A model generated the notes under the pieces. That model was given only the letters and a program-made list of their open reading frames with translations. It had not been told where the DNA came from and made no database searches. Shown in pieces: positions 10,134-18,073 of a stretch of DNA of 30,389 nt. Both the position numbers and the translations under genes were made by a program. The stretch is from an uncultured Chroococcidiopsis sp. Lineage in GTDB: Bacteria; Cyanobacteriota; Cyanobacteriia; Cyanobacteriales; Chroococcidiopsidaceae. The DNA is taken from positions 1 through 30,389 of the forward strand of contig CAXTYC010000020.1 of NCBI GenBank assembly GCA_964248365.1, written 5' to 3'. Every line of letters begins with the position of its first letter. Positions within the stretch are counted from its first letter, which is position 1.

Positions 10134-10183
10134 GTCAGTAGGGTAAATAGCCTTGCCAAAATCGCCGTGTTGTGTTATGTATT
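10134..10183 (-). pseudogene. Truncated N-terminal remnant of a RelE/ParE-like toxin
   Basis: Immediately after the antitoxin stop, the minus strand reads (I)HNTTRRFWQGYLPY*, with ATA in place of a start codon. Similar to 'MH.TT.RFW..Y..LP' toxin N-termini. Confidence 0.5.
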
Positions 10184-10380
10184 AAATTTCTCGGCAGTGT
10201 CCTGCGTCGAACTCGGCGATCGCCTCAGAAGCCAAAGCGTCCAGCTTACCGTCTGCGATGTCTTGTAGCTGTTCATCCCAACGCTGATAATCCACGTCAA
10301 AAAACCATTGTCACAAGGCGCTGAAATTCGTCTGATGCAAGTGTAAGAATTGCTGCTTCAATTTGCTCAAGAGTTGACAT
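10182..10380 (-). pseudogene. Frameshifted putative antitoxin
   Basis: MSTLEQIEAAILTLASDEFQR, then a +1 shift and a TGA near 10311-10318, then QWFFDVDYQRWDEQLQDIADGKLDALASEAIAEFDAGHCREI*. Confidence 0.7.
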
Positions 10381-10452
10381 ATCAGTTTCTACCTCTCTAA
10401 CCTCAAGCAGATTATAGCTTTGCGAAGACGGGGTGAATTACGAGCAGGTTGA

Positions 10453-10473
10453 TTGTCAAGCTACACTTGACAA
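10453..10473. promoter_or_regulatory. Palindrome containing a -35 hexamer on each strand
   Basis: TTGTCAAG-CTACA-CTTGACAA, upstream of the antitoxin pseudogene. Confidence 0.4.
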
Positions 10474-10533
10474 ATGCTTGACGTAGATTGCCTTAGCGAC
10501 GACTTGAAATTACCCTTCATAAAACGCCTTGCA

Positions 10534-10621
10534 GCATAACTACCAAATTGAGCGGCGGCGAGTAACCTTTGCATTACTGCCAATATCTCTCAACCATCCG
10601 CTGCAACGCCGACTGTTAGGT
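10534..10621 (-). mobile_element. Integron attC recombination site (88 bp)
   Basis: Minus strand: R'' ACCTAAC ... TTG[C]AGCGG[A]TGG ... CCG-CCGCTCAA ... R' GTTATGC. The unpaired bases correspond to the canonical extrahelical G and T of the bottom strand. It starts 15 bp after the stop of the upstream gene. Confidence 0.8.
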
Positions 10622-10636
10622 TGCGCTATCAACACA

Positions 10637-11026
10637 TTATCTTTCAAGAAAACGGTAAAAGAGCAATGGAGCTATTGCGATCCAGATAAGAACTCCTATC
10701 CAAACTCGTCCTGCAAATATATTGTAGTCGCTTAATAACTTACTCCATGAATGCCCTGCAATGTAGTGACCAAAAAGGAATTCAAAGGTAACAGTTAGCC
10801 CCAGCCAAATGAAGCCAATAACGAGTGCCTGTTTGGGTGACTCAAAACTCCAAAAGTGTATCAGCGCCCAGATGTAAAAACCGAATAGTAAGACTCCAGT
10901 AATTGTTGAAACTTGATGGGCACGCAACTCACTGAGATATTTCCCGTAGGTGACTTCCCTAATTGTACCGTTGATGATACCGATAAATATCATTGGAATC
11001 CATGCCAGAATGTAGCGCCAAATCAT
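10637..11026 (-). CDS. Hypothetical ~4-TM membrane protein (gene-cassette-like)
   Basis: GGAGG RBS before MIWRY, four hydrophobic segments, followed directly by attC. Confidence 0.85.
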   Translation of the reverse strand: MIWRYILAWIPMIFIGIINGTIREVTYGKYLSELRAHQVSTITGVLLFGFYIWALIHFWSFESPKQALVIGFIWLGLTVTFEFLFGHYIAGHSWSKLLSDYNIFAGRVWIGVLIWIAIAPLLFYRFLER

Positions 11027-11100
11027 AGCTTGTTCCTCCAGGCGTTGCATACCTTGCATTGTAGAACAGAGATATGTTTTAAAAGTATTCACTGACATTT

Positions 11101-11372
11101 TCAATACACTTGATCATGATTGCCAATGTCAACAAACACAACCTTTCCGTCATCAGTGAAGTAAAACAAAACTCTTTCATCGTATTCCACACTAAAACTC
11201 CATAAATCCTTGAGCTTACCTGACAATTTGTGAGTTTTCAAACTTTTATCAAAAGGGTCTAGTGCAAACTGCTCAACATGATTGCCAAAACCTTGCTGTC
11301 TTTATCTAAGTTTCCCTTAATTCGCTTTTTGTAGGCACGTTTGAATGAAGAGCTGAAACTAATTTTTACCAT
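11101..11372 (-). pseudogene. YafQ/RelE-family mRNA interferase toxin pseudogene (two frameshifts)
   Basis: MVKISFSSSFKRAYKKRIKGNLDKD / ARFWQ / HVEQFALDPFDKSLKTHKLSGKLKDLWSFSVEYDERVLFYFTDDGKVVFVDIGNHDQVY*. The start overlaps the antitoxin stop (TAATG). Confidence 0.85.
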
Positions 11373-11530
11373 TACTCTTCTATCAACTGTCTTAGTTCGT
11401 TGATATTAGAGGAAAATCTAAGTAGACCGCTTTGCTCTTCTCGAAGATATTGGCGAAGTTGCAGTTGAATTTCTTGTTTTTCTTCCATAGAAAGACTTTT
11501 GAGCGCCTCAACTAAATCACTAAAGCTCAT
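11372..11530 (-). CDS. Putative antitoxin partner (52 aa, possibly internally deleted)
   Basis: MSFSDLVEALKSLSMEEKQEIQ...FSSNINELRQLIEE, translationally coupled to the toxin. Confidence 0.65.
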   Translation of the reverse strand: MSFSDLVEALKSLSMEEKQEIQLQLRQYLREEQSGLLRFSSNINELRQLIEE

Positions 11531-11667
11531 ATACAACTTCTTGTAGTCCTGACTCGAACAATCTAACACGGTAATTGTTATTGGCGAGTCTCACTTATAG
11601 CAGCGCGATCTCTCCTTTCCTCCCTCTCTTCCCTCTGCGCCCTTTGCGCCTTTGCGGTTCGTATTTC

Positions 11668-13209
11668 TTAAATCCCCAAATCCACCGCCACCCGATGCGC
11701 GCAAGCAAACCCCGAAAACGCCACCGCATTCAACCCCTGACCTGGAAACGTACTATCCCCCACACAATACAACCCAGGAAGGGCAGTACGATTAAACGGC
11801 ATCCCCAACAACCCCATCAACTTCCGACGCGGTATAGGTCCATAAGTCCCATCCTCACGCCCCAAAAAGCGCCGATGTGTGCGAGGCGTTCCCACTTCCA
11901 TATAATCCAAACCAGCATCCAAACCAGGGAAAATCTTCTCCAAACGCTCAATTATCCTTCCGGCTGCATCCTCTTTCTTTTGTTCATAATCACTCGCAGA
12001 CAACCCCTGCCAATCTTCCACCCAACTCGGCGTAAACGTATGAATAATATGATAACCCGCTGGTGCTAAATCTGGATCTAGCAGCGTGGGAATTGACACA
12101 AAAATAGTCCCCTCCGCCGCCTCCATCTTGTCCCAATTTTCTAGCAAGATGTGATGACACTCAGTACCCTTGGGTAATACTTCTGCCTTCACGCCCAAAT
12201 GCAAATTGAGGAAGCTAGGCGATTTCTTATACCGTTGCTGCCATTTCTTTTCAGCTTGTGGCATTTCTTCTGCTGGCAATAACTTCTCAAACGTATCCCA
12301 ACGAGTAGAATTAGAAACAATTCGCTTAGCGCGGTATACTTCCCCAGAGGCTAGCTGCACACCGACTGCTTTGCCTTTTTCTGTAAGAATTTTTGTCACC
12401 CTGGAAGAGTATTGAATTTTCCCGCCTGCCTTTTCTAATCCTTCTACTAGTTTCTGAGCAATTTGACCTACACCGCCTTTCGGGTAGTTTATCCCACCAT
12501 AGTGGCGATCGCTAAACACCATCCCCGCATTAATCATCGGTGTCATATCAGCTGGCACAACCGACCAGCAATAACACTCCATATCAATAAACTTCAATAG
12601 CTGAGGATCTTTGATATAGCGTCGCGCCATATCTCCAGTATTCTGAGGCAGGTACTTAGCTAAACCGAGACAAGCTAAAGGATGCTGAAAAAATACCCGC
12701 GTCAGATACCCAGGTTCTTCCAGCGATAACAATTCCATTCGGTTCAAGCAGTTGAAGACTTTCCAGCACTCGTCATAAAATTTCCGAATTCCCTGCCGTT
12801 CGTGGGGAAAATATGCTGTCATTTCTTGCAAAAATTTCTCATAATCGCGGTAAACTTTCAAGTCTAAACCGCTAGGTAAATGATAGTGAATTTGGACTGG
12901 ATCGGGAATCGTTTCCAAGCTCACATTTACGGCATCAAGCGCTCTAGTCAGTAGGTTGGTAGTGCCTTGAGTCCCAAACCCAAAAATCATCGACGCTCCA
13001 ACATCAAATCGATATCCTTCCCGCTCAAAATATCCCGCACTACCACCTGGAATCAAATAGCTTTCCAGCACCAGCACAAGGGCGCCCTTAGCTGCTAGTT
13101 GGGTAGCTGTTACCAGTCCCCCTATCCCAGAGCCAATCACAATGACATCAAAAGAAGGGCTTTGGCGCAGAGGCTGGGGGCTAGAGGTTGAAAGGGAAGT
13201 AACAGGCAT
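11668..13209 (-). CDS. crtH: Carotenoid isomerase
   Basis: GSGIGG FAD motif, [22 protein letters not shown] and C-terminal [19 protein letters not shown]. Confidence 0.93.
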   Translation of the reverse strand: MPVTSLSTSSPQPLRQSPSFDVIVIGSGIGGLVTATQLAAKGALVLVLESYLIPGGSAGYFEREGYRFDVGASMIFGFGTQGTTNLLTRALDAVNVSLETIPDPVQIHYHLPSGLDLKVYRDYEKFLQEMTAYFPHERQGIRKFYDECWKVFNCLNRMELLSLEEPGYLTRVFFQHPLACLGLAKYLPQNTGDMARRYIKDPQLLKFIDMECYCWSVVPADMTPMINAGMVFSDRHYGGINYPKGGVGQIAQKLVEGLEKAGGKIQYSSRVTKILTEKGKAVGVQLASGEVYRAKRIVSNSTRWDTFEKLLPAEEMPQAEKKWQQRYKKSPSFLNLHLGVKAEVLPKGTECHHILLENWDKMEAAEGTIFVSIPTLLDPDLAPAGYHIIHTFTPSWVEDWQGLSASDYEQKKEDAAGRIIERLEKIFPGLDAGLDYMEVGTPRTHRRFLGREDGTYGPIPRRKLMGLLGMPFNRTALPGLYCVGDSTFPGQGLNAVAFSGFACAHRVAVDLGI

Positions 13210-13345
13210 GGAGTTAAAGATTTAGAACTTATCTTTGAATGTACACTTTAGCGCGGGCAATGTCAGAAAGCAGGAGCCATAATTCCTAATTCGTAATTCT
13301 CCCCTTGTCCCCTGCGTCCTCTTCCTCTAGCCCCAGCGCCCCTAG

Positions 13346-13415
13346 AAAAATTGGGACTAGCCGGATTACGCCGACCAATCCCGTCTGCCGATCCTTAAAG
13401 AGAGGAGAACACTGA
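13346..13415 (-). ncRNA. isaR1: Iron stress-activated sRNA IsaR1
   Basis: Minus strand CAGTGTTCTCCTCTCTTTAAGGATCGGCAGACGGGATTGGTCGG...CCGGCTAGTCCCAATTTTT matches the remembered IsaR1 5' seed plus terminator. It has the expected crtH/upp neighbourhood and Fur boxes upstream. Confidence 0.85.
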
Positions 13416-13420
13416 AAACC

Positions 13421-13473
13421 AATATAAACCTGATTGAGAATGAATGTCAATAGTATTGAGAATAATTTGCAAC
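13421..13473 (-). promoter_or_regulatory. isaR1 promoter with tandem Fur-like boxes
   Basis: -35 TTGACA (13445-13450) and -10 TATATT (13421-13426). 19-mers ATTGAGAATGAATGTCAAT (13433-13451) and ATTGAGAATAATTTGCAAC (13455-13473). Confidence 0.75.
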
Positions 13474-13555
13474 AAGCTCAGAAAACAGGAGGCAAAAGAC
13501 ACAAGTCACGAGTCAAAAGTCAGTTGAGGGCTTGGGAGATAAAGAGAATGCTTTC

Positions 13556-13585
13556 AATCTAAAATCTAAAATCTAAAATCTAAAA
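13556..13585. repeat. STRR heptamer tract (AATCTAA)
   Basis: Four tandem copies. Confidence 0.85.
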
Positions 13586-13749
13586 ACGCCCTAGCTCCTA
13601 GTCCCTGTTCAAAGTATGATGATTCAGATTAATCATCTTGCCAACCTAATACCATTTTGTTTTATCGATGCAACAAACAAAATTCCTGAAAGTACTTTAT
13701 GGTAAGACTTTTACAAGCCAAAATTTAACATCCAAAATGGTATAAGTCG

Positions 13750-14400
13750 ATGACATTGCAACTGCGCGTCTATGTTCCACCCCATCCTCTAATTAAGCAT
13801 TGGCTGGGCGTTGCCCGTGATGCTGCTACACCTTCGGTTCTATTCAAAAGTGCTATGACAGAACTGGGGCGTTGGCTGACTTATGAAGCAGTGCGAGACT
13901 GGTTGCCCACCTTCGACTTGATGGTGCAAACTCCTTTGGCGAGCGCACCTGCTACTATGATTAATCCAGAAGGAGCGATCGCTATCGTACCAATTCTCCG
14001 AGCAGGACTTGCCTTGTTAGATGGAGCTACGACAGTACTGCCTTTGGCATCAATATATCATCTCGGTCTAGTGCGAAATGAAGAAACACTCGAAGCTAGT
14101 TGTTACCTAAATAAATTACCTGGGCAGTTTGACTCTAGTACCAGAATTTTAATTACAGAACCAATGCTGGCAACAGGAGGGTCAATTATGATGGCAATGG
14201 CAGAATTGATGCAACGTGGCATTGATCCTGCTTTGACGCGGATTATTTCCGTTGTGGCGGCTCCCCCAGCTTTGCAAAAACTCAGTGCAGCATATCCTGG
14301 TTTAGTGATTTATAGTGCAACTATTGACGAAGGGTTAAATAGTCAAGGATTTATTGTACCAGGATTAGGGGATGCAGGCGATCGCGCGTTTGGCACATAA
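13750..14400 (+). CDS. upp: Uracil phosphoribosyltransferase
   Basis: HPLIKH, VPILRAG, PMLATGGS and IVPGLGDAGDRAFGT motifs. Confidence 0.97.
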   Translation: MTLQLRVYVPPHPLIKHWLGVARDAATPSVLFKSAMTELGRWLTYEAVRDWLPTFDLMVQTPLASAPATMINPEGAIAIVPILRAGLALLDGATTVLPLASIYHLGLVRNEETLEASCYLNKLPGQFDSSTRILITEPMLATGGSIMMAMAELMQRGIDPALTRIISVVAAPPALQKLSAAYPGLVIYSATIDEGLNSQGFIVPGLGDAGDRAFGT

Positions 14401-14467
14401 GCTAATATGCAGCTGGGGGCTAAAGCACTTACCGAAAAAATTAGGCATTCCTCAAGACGGTATTACC

Positions 14468-14821
14468 ATGAATCAGCGTGATGGATTTACAGGCGGATTT
14501 ATTGCAGGCACAATTGTAGGTAGTGTAGTAGGTGGCGTAATTGGCGCTTTGCTTGCTTCTGGACGGGCAACAGAATTGGCACTAGAGGCAGAATCTCGAC
14601 GCAATAACAACCTGTCAGAAGGAAATAATATTAAGCGGCAACGGCGATTACGAGCAGCTAATTCTGATCAAAGTATTGAAATAGCACGGCGCAGCTTGGA
14701 AGATAAAATCGCTCAGCTAAATGAGACGATTGACGAAGTACGCATGACTTTGGGGGAAGTAAATGGTAATCAGCTAGGGGAGAACCCAGAGCGAAAAGAG
14801 CGCCGCGAGGAGCTACGCTAA
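14468..14821 (+). CDS. Small glycine-zipper/coiled-coil protein (YtxH-like) between upp and yggT
   Basis: GFTGGFIAGTIVGSVVGGVIGALL TM segment and ARRSLEDKIAQLN coiled coil. ATG at 14468. Confidence 0.8.
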   Translation: MNQRDGFTGGFIAGTIVGSVVGGVIGALLASGRATELALEAESRRNNNLSEGNNIKRQRRLRAANSDQSIEIARRSLEDKIAQLNETIDEVRMTLGEVNGNQLGENPERKERREELR

Positions 14822-14824
14822 CGC
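14791..14824. repeat. Short insertion in a split HIP1 site (SDR5-like)
   Basis: GCGA-[AAAGAGCGCCGCGAGGAGCTACGCTAA]-CGC. Confidence 0.5.
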
Positions 14825-14968
14825 TTAAAAAACAATCCGAGTCTATCCCCACTCAATTCTCGACTAGTAAGTGATGATCTAGCCTTTCGACCCGAATTGT
14901 TTTGGTCAATTTATCGCTTTGTGCCGATCCCAAACAAGCTAATATCCGTTAGATTAATATCAAATCTA

Positions 14969-15102
14969 TATAGCAACCTACTTAGATTTGTGAAATCTTT
15001 GATTGTGGCTGTACGAATGTCCTTTGCCTTTGCGTCATTTGTAACACCAAGGACAAATGACGACATTCAAAGCAGTATTTATGATCAAATAAGATTGCTA
15101 TA
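14969..15102. mobile_element. MITE-like element, copy 2
   Basis: TATAGCAACCTACTTAGATTTGTGAAATCTTT ... ATCAAATAAGATTGCTATA, colinear with 7985-8134. Confidence 0.72.
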
Positions 15103-15137
15103 CTGCTATTGTCATTAAGCTGGAAAATTACATCTCC

Positions 15138-15416
15138 ATGAATTCAATCGCTTTGCTTTCTACTACACTAAATACTTTTATCCAAATTTATGTGGTGTTG
15201 CTGATTATTCGGATTCTGTTGACCTGGTTTCCCAATATTGATTTTTATAGCCAACCATTTGCGGCTTTGAGCCAGATCACAGATCCTTACTTAAACCTGT
15301 TCCGTTCAATTATTCCACCACTAGGCGGCATTGATCTTTCTCCCATGTTGGCTATCCTGGTGCTTCAGTTGGTAGGGAATGTAATTGGCAGCGCTCTACC
15401 AGGGTATAGCTATTAA
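15138..15416 (+). CDS. YggT/YlmG family membrane protein
   Basis: RILLTWFP, ITDPYLNLFRSIIPPLGGIDLSP. Confidence 0.93.
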   Translation: MNSIALLSTTLNTFIQIYVVLLIIRILLTWFPNIDFYSQPFAALSQITDPYLNLFRSIIPPLGGIDLSPMLAILVLQLVGNVIGSALPGYSY

Positions 15417-15496
15417 TCATGGGAAGCTCGATTTATGGTAATACAACCATCGATAGTTGCAATTGAGCAAAATAGAACATATAGTGGGGCAAATTC

Positions 15497-15928
15497 TTAC
15501 CGTCGGATTTGAGCAGCAAAACCAGCAGCTTTAAACTGCTTAAGTTGCAAAGGTAAAGGTTGATTAGCTGGAACAGATATTCGCAATTCAAAATCACTAA
15601 TCCCTGGTGGGATTTCTGCAATCGAGCCTATACGGGTTCGATTTTGCATTACTGAGTCATTGTTTGCATCGTAAATTCGCCCAAAAATATCAGCGTCATA
15701 GACTGGCTTGTTAGAAGAATTTCCGGCTTTGCCTGTGACAATAAAGCAGTTTGCTGCCCTTGTGGTTCCACCGCTCGTAACAGCTCCTTTGGCAAGTTCG
15801 GGTGGACACTCGTGATAAGAAAGGTTGGTTAATTTAATTTGGGTCAATGCTAAAGCAGGGGGAGTATATAGCCAAGCGATTATCCCCAGCAAGCAGGATA
15901 AGAGGACAGAAAGAACCCGAAACCGCAT
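15497..15928 (-). CDS. Cyanobacterial hypothetical protein with signal peptide
   Basis: Signal peptide ending PALA; two Cys; V.DADIFGRIYDAN...NRTRIGSI motif. Confidence 0.8.
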   Translation of the reverse strand: MRFRVLSVLLSCLLGIIAWLYTPPALALTQIKLTNLSYHECPPELAKGAVTSGGTTRAANCFIVTGKAGNSSNKPVYDADIFGRIYDANNDSVMQNRTRIGSIAEIPPGISDFELRISVPANQPLPLQLKQFKAAGFAAQIRR

Positions 15929-15964
15929 AAATTCACCCAAAAAATAAAGTCAGGGCAACATAAG

Positions 15965-16225
15965 TATAATTCGTAATTGGTAATTTGGAAGGCAAGAGGC
16001 GAGAGGTGAGGGGCGAGGGGCAAGGGGCTAGAGGAACCAGAGTCCAGAGGTGAGGGGCGAGCTTAGAGGGGCAAGAGGAACTAGAGGAACCAGAGGCTAG
16101 TTGCCCGAGTCCAGTAGCTTTTCTCTCCTCTGCCCCCCTTTGCCCCCCTGCCCCTCTGCTTCCCTTTGCTCCACGAGGCTCCCCCAGCCCTCTTTCTAGC
16201 CCCTAGCCCCTAGCCCCTAGCCCCT
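15965..16225. repeat. Mixed STRR tract (GAGGGGC/TAGCCCC-type heptamers)
   Basis: Purine-rich tract followed by a pyrimidine-rich tract of degenerate 7-9-mers. Confidence 0.75.
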
Positions 16226-16305
16226 TCCATAGATACGAATCTTAGAATCGATATAAAATTTGTAATAATTAAGAAAATAGGATAGGCTTGAAGCGAATAG
16301 CGCCT

Positions 16306-16941
16306 ATGAACCCAGCCGAGATCGAAGCAGCCCTGCAATCCGCTTTTAACCGCTGTGATGCAGCTAGCTGCCCTCTGAGTGAGCAGCAAAAACAAATGCT
16401 GCTGCAAGTGGTCTTGGAACTGATGCCCCCTTCAGCACAATTGCTAGATAAGAGCGATGTGAACTCAGCTCCGATTAATCCTCTAGACGAACTTACACCA
16501 GAACAACGTCAAAGCTTTTTACAGTTTGTCAAGGAACAAGAGCAACAAAATCGCCCCTGGAAAATTCAATTAATGAATGATTGGCTACAGGAGCGAGACT
16601 CTGGAGCAGTACAATTTATCCGCGATCGCTTTGGTTTGTCATGGCTTAACCGAATCAAGTCAAGTCATTTTGCTAAGTATGCACAACTTGACTTCGACGA
16701 ACCCTTAAAACTTAAAGTAGGCGATCGCATTGAAGTATCGAATGGTCTGTGGGAATGGGTGCAAGAAGATGGTCCTTGCAGCCGTGAATGGTTCCCTTGC
16801 ACTGTGATTCAAGTTGAAGAAACTAGCAGTGGTGAAGCCATTGCCACTAATTGCATCATCCGTTTCAATAACGGTGCGGAATACGAAATTCAAGGGGTGT
16901 ATCAGTGGAATCGCTACAATTGGCGCTGGGCGGGGGAGTGA
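16306..16941 (+). CDS. Hypothetical protein with possible C-terminal SH3/Tudor-like barrel
   Basis: Helical N-terminus, then a Trp-rich LKVGDRIEV...WFPCTVIQV...IIRF segment. Confidence 0.8.
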   Translation: MNPAEIEAALQSAFNRCDAASCPLSEQQKQMLLQVVLELMPPSAQLLDKSDVNSAPINPLDELTPEQRQSFLQFVKEQEQQNRPWKIQLMNDWLQERDSGAVQFIRDRFGLSWLNRIKSSHFAKYAQLDFDEPLKLKVGDRIEVSNGLWEWVQEDGPCSREWFPCTVIQVEETSSGEAIATNCIIRFNNGAEYEIQGVYQWNRYNWRWAGE

Positions 16942-17003
16942 GAGGGCAAAGGGGAGCCTCGTGGAGCAAAGGGATCACCACTGGACCCTCTAAGCTCGCC
17001 TCA

Positions 17004-17864
17004 TTAATGACTCAGGTGTTGTAGCAAAGAAGAGCGCATGATGTCTACTGGGGCTGGCTGCTGTAACCAGATTTTTAATGCTGCTGCACCTTGTTGGACT
17101 AACATTTCTAGTCCATCAATAGCGGATGCTCCTTGTTGGTGGGCTTGTTGCAGAAATCGTGTTGGTCTGGGAGTATAAATTAAGTCATAGGCGATCGCTC
17201 CTTTTGGGAGCAGAGATATTTCATCTAAACTTAGGGGCGAGTGTTCCCCATGCGGATACATCCCTACGGGAGTTGTGTTCACTAGCAAATCTGAAGAAGC
17301 AATCAACTGGGGCAGCTTCTCCCAGGTTTGGATACGTAAATTAACTTTAAAAGATGAATTGCTCCAACTGTCTCGAAATTCCTGTAATTTTAAAGCATTG
17401 CGCCCAACTACATAAATTTCCCTAAAGCCTAGCTGACGTGTGCCTGCTACTACGGCTCTAGCTGCACCACCGTTACCTAAAATTACAGCTACTGCCCCGC
17501 TCCAGTCTCGGTTATAAGTAAGCAGGGGGGCGATAAATCCTTCCACATCGGTGTTTGTACCTACCCAACCTTCATCGGTACGCCACACAGTATTAACGGC
17601 TCCCACAGCACTAGCGACGGGTGAAATCGTCGATAAAAAAGGCAAGATTGCTTGTTTGTGGGGAATTGTGATGTTAAAGCCTGTTAATCCAATGGCGGCG
17701 AAGCCTTTGAGTGCCTCGTCTAAATCTTCTGGTTTAACAGGTAGGGGGAGATAAACATAATCAAGTCCCAAACTCGCTAACGCGGCATTGTGCATCACTG
17801 GCGACAGAGAATGTTCCACCGGATGCCCAATTACCCCTAAAAGTTTAGTTTTGCCTGTAATCAT
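17004..17864 (-). CDS. aroE: Shikimate dehydrogenase
   Basis: GHPVEHSLSPVMHN, NITIPHK, GAVNT, NTDVEG, GNGGAA and DGLEMLVQQG motifs. Confidence 0.96.
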   Translation of the reverse strand: MITGKTKLLGVIGHPVEHSLSPVMHNAALASLGLDYVYLPLPVKPEDLDEALKGFAAIGLTGFNITIPHKQAILPFLSTISPVASAVGAVNTVWRTDEGWVGTNTDVEGFIAPLLTYNRDWSGAVAVILGNGGAARAVVAGTRQLGFREIYVVGRNALKLQEFRDSWSNSSFKVNLRIQTWEKLPQLIASSDLLVNTTPVGMYPHGEHSPLSLDEISLLPKGAIAYDLIYTPRPTRFLQQAHQQGASAIDGLEMLVQQGAAALKIWLQQPAPVDIMRSSLLQHLSH

Positions 17865-18073
17865 ATGAGGGAGTAGGGAGTAGGGAGCACTTTAGCAGGG
17901 GAGCAAGGGAGCAGGGGGAGGATCATCAATTACGCTCTTACGAATTACCTTTCCCCTTTACCCTTTCCCCTTTTACCAATTACCACTCATCACTTTCGAC
18001 TGACCACTAATTAATAACTACTAACCTAGAATTATTAATGTAACTTAACATTCTTCTTAACATTAATCCAATC

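Noticed and set aside
10529..10735. 68-aa plus-strand ORF
   Set aside because: It runs through the attC site and is antisense to the membrane gene, so it is better explained as non-coding.
11575..12069. 164-aa plus-strand ORF
   Set aside because: Antisense shadow of crtH that begins in repeat DNA; no recognisable motifs.
14897..15118. 73-aa ORF between the glycine-zipper gene and yggT
   Set aside because: Mostly translation of the MITE-like element.
15965..16225. Repeat-dense intergenic tracts as a possible CRISPR array
   Set aside because: Units are 7-9-bp tandem repeats without 30-40-bp repeat-spacer periodicity; no cas genes in the window.
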